Below, in pieces: positions 1 through 8,727 of a DNA stretch of 64,000 nt (the stretch's first letter is position 1; each line of letters opens with the position of its first letter). Source of the stretch: Promethearchaeia archaeon (GTDB taxonomy: Archaea > Asgardarchaeota > Lokiarchaeia > Sigyniarchaeales > SOKP01); NCBI GenBank assembly GCA_029856045.1, contig JAHQWG010000043.1:55153-119152 (forward strand), in the 5' to 3' direction. Position numbers and translations under genes: made by a program. Under the pieces are notes generated by a model. The model did no database searches. It was not told the DNA's origin and was given only the letters and a program-made list of their open reading frames with translations.

Positions 1-1407
1 ATTTTTAATTCCTGAAATTTTCTTAACCAAACCGAATCCAGGTTTTACTTCAGCTAAATCCTTAACTTCTACTAAATTGCCATTTATTAATTTATTAAAT
101 AAATCATTCCCAACTTTTGTTCTTGTAATAACTGAAGACCAGCCTGCACTAGAACCTATTGAACCTACTGAAATATCTGCAAATTCGGACGTTAAATCAC
201 TACAATAATGGCATACATCTCTTGCTAAGGAAGTTACTTCTTTTAATGGAACTTTGGCTTCTTCTCCATTTTTATCTTTGATAATAAATTTTCCTCCACT
301 AATGTCCATTTTTAAAATGTTCTCTAATTTCTTATTAAAAATTTCAGTGCTTATTTTGATAACATTATCATAGCTGAATGATTCCATGCAGAATAAACCA
401 ATAGTATATTTAATATTATTAAAAAAAGATGTTCCAATTGGATAAATACTTCCTTTTTTGAGTGCTAACATCATACATGGAGTTCCAACGACTGCAATTT
501 TATCAAATTTTTGTGCTTCATTCAAAATTGTTAAACTTGGAGAATTAGCATATTTTGTACCAGCGGTTTTATAAAGATCATCAACATTCTCAATTATAAT
601 AGGTTTTGGCCTCCAAATATCTTCAGAATGGGTTACTGCTATCGCAGCATCAATTTCTTTTTCTTTTAGTAAATAATATAACAATGTTGTTATTATACCA
701 CCATCTTGGCATACTTCTTTAATTTCATCACTTTTTGTACTTGCAGTATATGCATTTATATAATAATTACTTGCGGCACCATCCTTCAAATTAGGATTTA
801 ATTTATTTAAAACTGTAAAAATATGCTCAGATGGAAATGACCTCGGGCAAACAGAAAAACAAAGTCCGCATTTAATGCAAGTCTCAGAATCAATTTTAAG
901 ATCATCTGCAGTTACTGTTATTGAGCCAACTGGGCATATTGATGAACAATAACCACAATTACAACAAAAATTATTCTCAAATACTAAAGACACTGGCTCA
1001 AAATAATTTTCTCGAAAAGAATTATCAAGGGATTTGGCTTGATATCGAATAATTTCAATCTTAATTTCTTTATCTATCAAATTTCCCTCTTTATTTTTTA
1101 CTTTTTTAATTTCTGTCTTTATTTCAATTAATTTTTCAACATAACCTTGTTGGGTTAAATATTCAACTGTTTGTACTAATTTTTTCTTATCATATTCCAC
1201 TTTCTCCACTATTTCTTCAAGAGTAAGCAGAGGAAGCCCTATTAATTTTTTTAATATTAAATTTCTTTCTGTCTCAGCATCGAGAAGTGAATCTAAAATA
1301 AAATTAAAATCTTCCTCACTAAATCTTCCAAATTTTAAAATATCATCTTTTCCTTCATATAATGCACGAATTTGAAAATTACTTATAGCGTTATATGTAG
1401 ATTCCAT
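1..1407 (-). CDS. Coenzyme F420 hydrogenase/dehydrogenase beta subunit (FrhB/FdhB family) with N-terminal extension; runs off the window start
   Basis: Not in the ORF track because there is no stop inside the window. Manual translation from ATG 1407 (in-frame GTG at 1443) gives CCNCGYCSSICP...CIKCGLCFSVCP, then CQDGGIITTLL, AGTKY, VGTPC, IGLFCMESF, CHYCSDLTSEFADISVGSIG. Confidence 0.9.
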   Translation of the reverse strand, partial: MESTYNAISNFQIRALYEGKDDILKFGRFSEEDFNFILDSLLDAETERNLILKKLIGLPLLTLEEIVEKVEYDKKKLVQTVEYLTQQGYVEKLIEIKTEIKKVKNKEGNLIDKEIKIEIIRYQAKSLDNSFRENYFEPVSLVFENNFCCNCGYCSSICPVGSITVTADDLKIDSETCIKCGLCFSVCPRSFPSEHIFTVLNKLNPNLKDGAASNYYINAYTASTKSDEIKEVCQDGGIITTLLYYLLKEKEIDAAIAVTHSEDIWRPKPIIIENVDDLYKTAGTKYANSPSLTILNEAQKFDKIAVVGTPCMMLALKKGSIYPIGTSFFNNIKYTIGLFCMESFSYDNVIKISTEIFNKKLENILKMDISGGKFIIKDKNGEEAKVPLKEVTSLARDVCHYCSDLTSEFADISVGSIGSSAGWSSVITRTKVGNDLFNKLINGNLVEVKDLAEVKPGFGLVKKISGIKN

Positions 1408-1467
1408 TAGATTTTTTAGATCAGTATTTTCTATAAGATTCACCTTCCTAATTAAATTTTTTTTAAG

Positions 1468-1546
1468 CCCCCATATCCCTTGCAGGGATGTCCCAATAAA
1501 ATTTCTTAATTTTAAGCTTTAATTTTAAAGATCATTCAAATGGGGG
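1468..1546 (-). promoter_or_regulatory. Eukaryote-like SECIS element downstream of hdrA-vhuD
   Basis: Minus strand reads CCCCCAT-TTGA-ATGA-TCTTTAAAATT-AAAG-CTTAA AA TTAAG-A-AATTTTATTGG-GA-C-ATCCCTGCAAGGGAT-ATGGGGG. This gives helix I (CCCCCAT/ATGGGGG), an AUGA/GA core, an 11-bp helix II, apical AAA and a mini-stem. Confidence 0.88.
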
Positions 1547-2003
1547 TTTTAGTTTTTAATTTTTTATCTGCATCTTTTATTTCTGCCTTAAAAACTGCTT
1601 GATCTGTTTTTAATGGGTTCAATCCCAATTTTTCTATTTTATTTACCATATCTTCGACCGATTTTACAAATTTTACAGCTTCAGCTCCAGTGCAGTTATA
1701 CATGTTTACTCGGTCTCCTCCCAAACCACGCCTATCTAGAATTCGCCTAACAAATTCGACATGTTTTGCAGCGATAAAGTTTCCAGTTTTAAATTCACAT
1801 TGATTTTCTAGTCAGCCTACAACCATTACTCCATCGGCACCATTATTAATTGCATAGATTAGGTGTTTTATATCAACTCTACCTGTACAGCGCAGACGAA
1901 TAATTTTTACATTGGGACTATATTTCAATCTTGAAACACCAGCTAAATCTGCAGCACTATAACCTCATTTATTACAAGCAAATGTAATGATATTCATTTT
2001 CAT
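1536..2003 (-). CDS. vhuD: Selenoprotein hydrogenase iron-sulfur subunit VhuD/MvhD (155 aa, 2 Sec)
   Basis: ATG 2003 after a GGTGAG RBS. Translation: MKMNIITFACNK-U-GYSAADLAG...RCTGRVD...GADGVMVVG-U-LENQCEFKTGN. TGA codons at 1965-1967 and 1812-1814 sit at conserved MvhD Cys/Sec sites. The ORF track shows only the last 62 aa. Confidence 0.93.
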
Positions 2004-2026
2004 ATATCTCACCTGAATTTTTCGGT

Positions 2027-3970
2027 TTATGCATTTTCCTCCTTTACTAATGCTAAGACTTGATTAAATATTTGCTCATCTGTATAATATCTAATTTGTA
2101 TTGCTTGAGTTGGACAACAAGTTGCACAGATTCCACATCCGTCACAATTGATCTCATCGACCTCAGCAATTTTTCCTTCAGGTACAATAATAGCATTCTT
2201 TGGACAATTTTTTTCGCAGCGACAACAAGAAATACAATTTTCTTCATCAACAATCGCACATATTAATTCAAGCTCCGCTTCTCCCTTGGATGTTAATTCT
2301 GCAACCTTACTTGCGGTTGCTCTCGCTTGAGAAACCGAGTATGATATATTTTTTGGTCCTTGCGCAAAACCACAAATATAAATCCCTAGATATTTTGTTT
2401 CTTGAGGACTTAAGCCAAAATGATGTTCAGTCAGGTATCCATTTGTATCATAATCAATTCCAAGAACATCTGCTATTTGTTTCGTTCCTTTAGATGGTAA
2501 TACTGCAGTTGATAAAACTACTAAGTCTGCATCAATTTTTATTATCTCATCTGTTAATGAAGAATATACTCTTACCTTGAGATTTTTGGTTTCAGAATCC
2601 TCTATTAGTTCTGGAACTTTACCTCGAATAAAGTCAATACCTTTATCACGAGTTCTCATATAGTATTCTTCAAAGTTCTTTTCAGATGCTCTTATATCAA
2701 TGTAGCAGATGGTTATATGGCAATCAGGGATTTCTTCTTTAAGTAATTTAGCATTTTTTAAAGCGATCATGCAACACACACCAGAACAATACGCTCTTTC
2801 TGTATCTCTCGAGCCAACACATTGAATAAATAATATTTCTTTAGGTGTTTTTCCATCTGATGGTCTTTTTACATGGCCCATTGTTGGACCATTTGGTGCT
2901 AATATCCTTTCAAGCTGGATTTCGTTTATAACATTTTGATATTCTCCATATCCATATTCTATAGGATTATATAAGTCCCAACCCGTTGCAACTATTATTG
3001 TACCCACTTCAATTTCGACATATTCAGGTTCTTGACTCAAATCAATTGCATGTGGCTCGCAAGCATCTACACAGGCATATCATTCAACGCAAGATTCTTT
3101 TTCAAGATCATAAACAAAAGGAATAGCTTGCCCAAAACATATATCGATACATTTTCTTGAACCTAAATTTTCTTGCCAATAATTTGGTATGTAAATTGGA
3201 CATACTGGCGTACAATCTCCACAACCATTACACAAATCTTCTATAACATATCTAGGTTTTTTCTTTATCGTAACTTCATAATTTCCAACATATCCTTCAA
3301 CTTTATCAACTTCACTATAACTAATAATTTCAATATTTTCATTTCGATTAGCTTCAAGCATTTTTGGACCAAGAATTCATATAGAACAATCATCAGTTGG
3401 AAATGTTCGATCTAACTGAGCCATTCTGCCCCCAATTGTAGTTTTACTCTCTATTAAATACACCCTTATTCCTTGATTTGCCAGATCTAATGCCGCATTT
3501 AATCCAGCGATTCCTCCACCAACTACCAAAGTAGCTTTTTTTATAGGAATAATTTTTGTCGGTACTATTTCCAATCTTTTAGCCCTTTCATAACCTGCTC
3601 TGCTTAAAATCTTTGCTTTATTGGTTGCTGAAACTTCGTCTTCAGTAATCCAAGAACATTGTTCTCTAATATTTACCATTTGAAAATAAAATTTACTAAG
3701 TCCTGCCCGTTCTAAAGACTCTCTATAAATCGGTTCATGAGTTCTAGGAGTTCAAGCTGCCGCTACAACCCGATTTATCTTTTTTTCTTTGATATCATCC
3801 ATTATTAATTTCTGCCCTTGTTCAGTACATAAAAAACTAAAGATGCGACTTGTTTCAATATTATCAAATTGTTTCATATACTCTGCAACTTCAGAACAAT
3901 TAACTTTCGCAGAAATATTCAAGCCTCATTGACATGCATAATATCCAATGCGTAAAATTTCTTTACTCAA
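2027..3970 (-). CDS. hdrA: Selenoprotein heterodisulfide reductase subunit A (647 aa, 4 Sec)
   Basis: TTG 3970 opens one frame that joins track ORFs 3377-3679, 3080-3361 and 2027-3040. TGA codons at 3926-3928 (CQ-U-G), 3752-3754 (AAA-U-TPRTHE), 3377-3379 (FPTDDCSI-U-ILGPK) and 3080-3082 (CVE-U-YACVDAC). Also contains the GGGIAG FAD motif, IQCVGSRD and ferredoxin motifs. Confidence 0.93.
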
Positions 3971-4760
3971 TTTTTTTTCACATCAACTCGTTTAATAATT
4001 TTTATTTTAAAATTTATACTATTAGATTAAAAAAATTCAAAATGCTCCAAATTAAAAAAATTTTTTATAATAATTTTCAGATTCAATAATTTTATATTTT
4101 GAAATTACCTTATTTAATAATTTTTATCTTAATGATTATATAAATTATTCGATACTGACAGAAATGGAAAATAAAATAATTAATTTTTACGAGAAACCTT
4201 AAGAAATTATTTTGAATTATACAATTTCGGTTATTATCCCCGATTTCCTAAATCTTTATATAAAATCATTTCCGAAATTGATAACTTCATTAATAATAAT
4301 TTCGAAGACTAATAAAAAATCAAAAAAGAATTTTTAAATCCAAAAATATATTTAAAAAAATGTATTATATTCCTAAATAAATTTAACAAAAAGAACAATA
4401 CTTACAAAAGATAGACAATAGAACTATTAAGTAATTATTTCAATTCATGTAATAGAGCAATTTTTAAAAGAGATGTGGTTAAACATTTGGGAGAAATTGA
4501 TGATGAAAAAATTCTTAAGTATCTTTTAAAATATGTAGGAGATTATCATAGTAAAGTCCGGCTTTTAATGACTAAAATGATAAAAAAAATTGAAGCAAGA
4601 ATAGATAACAAACTCAATAATCAATAAAATATCTTTTTTTTCCTCTGATATTTTTCTAAAAAAAATGAATTGTTATTTAATTATAATAATTTTTTTTAAG
4701 GATTAAGGTTTTAAATAAGTATTTCTATTCAAATCTCAGTGTAAATAAAGGTTTTATAGA

Positions 4761-6254
4761 GTGAGTGAAGAAATAAATAAAGTAAAATCTGAATCTAAAT
4801 ATGAACATTCTTTTGAATATATAAGAAAAAAATTAGAAGGAAAAAAAGATTCATTTGGAAAATTAGTAAAGGAAGTTATAAGAACAGGTGTTTGTACTCA
4901 TTGTGGCACTTGTGCAGCGATTTGCAGTGCTCTTGAATGGGATCCAATTTTAGAGGAACCAAAATTAATTGGAGTATGTTCTGGGTGTGGAATTTGTTAT
5001 AATCAATGTCCAAGGACTATTACTAATCCCGAACAACTTGTTGGTCATTTTAAAACAGGTTATGTTACAAAAAGTGGAATTCCTGAAGTTATTGGTGGTC
5101 AGGACGGAGGAACCGTTACGAGCTTATTATGTTATTTATTTGATGAAAATTTAATTGATGGAGCAGTTGTTACTAAAAAAAATCCAAATAAACCATGGGT
5201 TCCGTTACCTCAACTTATTAATACAAAAGAAGAAGCTGTTGAAGCTGCTGGTTCTATTTATAGCCATTCACAAACAGTTGATTCTTTAATTGACGGGATT
5301 AGAAATAACATGGGCTCTATCGCATTTGTAGGAACTCCTTGCAACATAGATGCTGTGTTTAAAATGGAAAGTAGTCCACTTGGAATGTTAAAATATTTTA
5401 TGAGAGCACATGTTTTTAAAATTGGATTATTTTGTATGGATTCATTTTCACATGAAGCATTATTACCATTTTTTGAGAAGGAGGGAATTAAATTAGCGGA
5501 AATAACAAAAATGGATATCAATAAAGGAAAATTTTATCTTTACAGAGGAGATACAGAAGTAAAATCCTATAAAATAAGGGAATTAGATAAATTTAAATCA
5601 TCAAGTTGCAATTTTTGCACAGATTTAACTTCAGAAAATGCTGATATCTCGGTGGGTTCTGTTGGAAGTGGCCCGAAGAAAAACACAGTTTTAGCACGAT
5701 CAGGTATAGGAGTAGAAATTATAGAGGATGCTATAAAAAAGGGATATTTATGTTCTGAACCATTTTCAGTGGAAAATTTAAATTCTGTCTTGTTCTTAGC
5801 AAGATTAAAGAAAGTATCTCAATATACAGTTCTTAAAAGGAAGGTTTTTATAGTTAAAGATATAGATAAAAAAGAACCATTTAAACAATCACCAGAATTG
5901 AAAGAGCAAGCTGAGATCGCAACGCCGTTTGGAACAAGAAAAATTTTAAAGGTTACTCAAAAACTGAATGAAAGTCAAACGGCTACTGCAATTACAATAG
6001 AAAATGTTATTGGATATCTTCTTGAAAATTTACAAATTAGGGTTGCTTTTGTGGAAGAACTATTTGAAAAACGACCGTGGACTACAACAATAAAAGAAAT
6101 TTTTCCTTTTGAATCTATTCAGATTAATTATCCATTAGAAATTAAAGATGGAGAACACGATCTTGGAGAAATAATTATAGATATTTCTGATTCACATAGA
6201 AAACTCTTTTTTAAGAAATATTCTCTTAAACCAAAAGAAAAAAAATCAAAATAA
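4761..6254 (+). CDS. FrhB/FdhB-family F420-binding subunit with C-terminal beta-rich extension
   Basis: Two CxxCxxCxxxC motifs, GQDGGTVT, VGTPC, IGLFCM, CNFCTDLTSENADISVGSVG, plus about 140 extra C-terminal residues. Confidence 0.88.
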   Translation: MSEEINKVKSESKYEHSFEYIRKKLEGKKDSFGKLVKEVIRTGVCTHCGTCAAICSALEWDPILEEPKLIGVCSGCGICYNQCPRTITNPEQLVGHFKTGYVTKSGIPEVIGGQDGGTVTSLLCYLFDENLIDGAVVTKKNPNKPWVPLPQLINTKEEAVEAAGSIYSHSQTVDSLIDGIRNNMGSIAFVGTPCNIDAVFKMESSPLGMLKYFMRAHVFKIGLFCMDSFSHEALLPFFEKEGIKLAEITKMDINKGKFYLYRGDTEVKSYKIRELDKFKSSSCNFCTDLTSENADISVGSVGSGPKKNTVLARSGIGVEIIEDAIKKGYLCSEPFSVENLNSVLFLARLKKVSQYTVLKRKVFIVKDIDKKEPFKQSPELKEQAEIATPFGTRKILKVTQKLNESQTATAITIENVIGYLLENLQIRVAFVEELFEKRPWTTTIKEIFPFESIQINYPLEIKDGEHDLGEIIIDISDSHRKLFFKKYSLKPKEKKSK

Positions 6255-6332
6255 TAGATAAAAAAATTTTTCAACAAAATTTTTATTAAATCAAATTAAA
6301 AATTTAAATAAGAATAAACGAGATATAAAAAA

Positions 6333-7244
6333 ATGAAAATTAGTTTAATAGGATTATCTGGTTGTGGAAAAACCTCTTTATATTCGGTAATATTCGCGGA
6401 AAAAACACCTGAAGAAACAAAGGGATTATCTCCAACGATACTCTATGAAACAAGAAGGCATCCCTTTTTAGGATTAGAAATATCAATTTTTGATTTTGGA
6501 GGTCAAGACCAATACATCAAAGAATATCTTGATAAGCCGAAAATATTCATGGGCACGGATGTTCTCGTGCCTGTCGTAGATTTACACGATCCAAATTCTT
6601 TTGATAAATCAAAAAAGTATTTTGAAGATGTTTTAAAGTTATATAAAGATAATTATCAGAAACCAAAAGTATGTCTATTTTATCATAAATATGATACTGA
6701 AGATTATCAAAAGGAACTTTTAGATACAAATATAATTAAAGCTAAAGAGTTTTTTTCGGACATGTTCAAAGATTATAACCCACAAACTTTCCTAACGAGT
6801 ATCTATGATCAGCAAAATTTAACAAAGATTTTCAGAGATATATTAATGGGATCTTATTCAGAATTAAAGGGTCATATAGAAAAAGCGGAAAAGCACTTAC
6901 AGGAGATAAATGCACGAATTATTATTTCCGATATATCAGGAAATGTTTTGGTTCATAATGTTCAAGGAGTTTCAAGCGGACTATCATTAAGGGCAGACTT
7001 AAGAGACTTTATCAGTTCTTGTAATGTAATTAGAGAGAATGTCTTTTTATCTGATTCTGCAGAGTTTAAAGGAAATTCAGAAGAAGGTAAAGAGCTTCAA
7101 CTATATATCTTTAAATACATATTGGCTGTTTTAATAATGAAATCGGAAAAGAAATTGGATCCTGAATCGAGTGAAAAGATAAGAGTTCTCCTCGAAGATA
7201 TGAAATTATTTTCTGATATAATTGTTTCTATCCATTCTGAATAA
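6333..7244 (+). CDS. Rag/Gtr-like small GTPase with C-terminal roadblock/longin-like domain
   Basis: G1 GLSGCGKT, G2 SPT, G3 DFGGQ, G4 HKYD, G5 TSIYD. C-terminal alpha/beta domain of about 115 aa (IIISDISGNVL). Confidence 0.82.
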   Translation: MKISLIGLSGCGKTSLYSVIFAEKTPEETKGLSPTILYETRRHPFLGLEISIFDFGGQDQYIKEYLDKPKIFMGTDVLVPVVDLHDPNSFDKSKKYFEDVLKLYKDNYQKPKVCLFYHKYDTEDYQKELLDTNIIKAKEFFSDMFKDYNPQTFLTSIYDQQNLTKIFRDILMGSYSELKGHIEKAEKHLQEINARIIISDISGNVLVHNVQGVSSGLSLRADLRDFISSCNVIRENVFLSDSAEFKGNSEEGKELQLYIFKYILAVLIMKSEKKLDPESSEKIRVLLEDMKLFSDIIVSIHSE

Positions 7245-7271
7245 TTTTTTTAGAGCGATCAAACGATAAAA

Positions 7272-8468
7272 ATGAAATTAAGTCTTGTTAATGATGATAA
7301 TATCATTTTGGGAGATTATCTTAGTGTAATTACTAAAATTTTTTTTGAAGAGACAACTGATATCTTGTGGGGAGGTATAAAATTAATTTCTAAAAACCCA
7401 TGTAAAAGAGACTTAATTATAACCAAATCTGAATTATTCAATCAAGGTACTTTTGAGCCTGGTGAATATATCAGAAATAGATCACAACTTATTAATCCCA
7501 AAGTAGTTCCAACAATTCCAGCAAGAAATATTCACTACTTAGTTAAAATGACTTTAAGAATTAAAAGTCCTCTTAATTCTCAAAAAGAAATAGAAATTTT
7601 TAAAGAAAATCCCATTAAAATTCTTCCAAAAGGGAATATGTTTCAAAATAGAACTCCCACCCCAATTAAATTAATTATGTCAGGGATGAATATTGAAATT
7701 TCTAAAGATATTTTTAAACCAGGCGAAACTATTAAGATTGATTATAAAACAGATAATTTAACATTATTTCAAATAAGATTAAAACAGAAGACTAATTTAA
7801 TCTGTATTTGTGAACCTTTTGGTGAACAATGTGGAAGTATTGAGGAATTACCTCCAGTGATTGCGGGTGTAGCAAAAACATCCAAAACAGATCAAGGTTT
7901 TCTATTGATAAAACTTCCAAATCACGCTGAACCAAGTCATGAATATCTTTGGGAACCTCAAGAAAAAGATCAGTGGGGAATTAAATTTGGGGATTATTCT
8001 AAATGGTTTCTGGAGATAATAGGAAATAGGAAGAGAGAAGTTGGGGGAGATACAATCTCTTTTGAAATCCCAATTATTGTAATCCCTCAAAAGGAGCAAG
8101 AAATAGTCGATAATAGTTTATTTAGAGAAAGAGAAGAGGGTTTAGAATTATTTGAACCCCCTCCTGCAATAAAAAAAGGTATGAATATAATTTCTATTGA
8201 TATTAATAAAGATACTTCTTCAAGTACATTTATTTATAAATTACGAATTAAAAATAATCTTAAAGATACTCTTAACGGTGTTACCATAGAAAATTCAGGT
8301 ATTCAACAAGGTCTATTTGAGACTTATAAACATATGATGGGATTTAATACATGGTTACCAGGAGAAGAAAAATCAATTGAATATAAAACAAGACAAGAAA
8401 TTGATACCTTAATTTCTACAATCGAAACAAATTCTCAAAAGCAAATTAGAATTCAAACAATATTATGA
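7272..8468 (+). CDS. Arrestin-fold protein (putative)
   Basis: Arrestin-N-like PGEY...PTI...IHYLVKMTL and arrestin-C-like KDIFKPGETIKI, followed by a third beta-sandwich. Confidence 0.6.
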   Translation: MKLSLVNDDNIILGDYLSVITKIFFEETTDILWGGIKLISKNPCKRDLIITKSELFNQGTFEPGEYIRNRSQLINPKVVPTIPARNIHYLVKMTLRIKSPLNSQKEIEIFKENPIKILPKGNMFQNRTPTPIKLIMSGMNIEISKDIFKPGETIKIDYKTDNLTLFQIRLKQKTNLICICEPFGEQCGSIEELPPVIAGVAKTSKTDQGFLLIKLPNHAEPSHEYLWEPQEKDQWGIKFGDYSKWFLEIIGNRKREVGGDTISFEIPIIVIPQKEQEIVDNSLFREREEGLELFEPPPAIKKGMNIISIDINKDTSSSTFIYKLRIKNNLKDTLNGVTIENSGIQQGLFETYKHMMGFNTWLPGEEKSIEYKTRQEIDTLISTIETNSQKQIRIQTIL

Positions 8469-8727
8469 GCGCAATTTAATTTGTTTTATAATTTTTCAAA
8501 ATATTTTTTTTATCTCCTTTAATCTTTTAAAAGAAGTATTAGAATTTGAATACAGATTTCCCTTATTTTATTATTAAATCTCAATTTTTTTTGATTTAAA
8601 ATCTAGTGAAATTTAATTACAAGAAAGAAACCAGTGAAATATTTATGTTAAAAAGATAGCATATATTATATTTAAAAAGAGAAATAATTCAAATTGTTTA
8701 AGAAAAAAAATAGAGTAATTATTAAAA

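Noticed and set aside
2027-3679. Three separate hdrA ORFs, or an hdrA pseudogene
   Set aside because: All are in one frame and separated only by TGA at conserved Cys positions, with selD and SECIS elements present. This indicates Sec recoding rather than decay.
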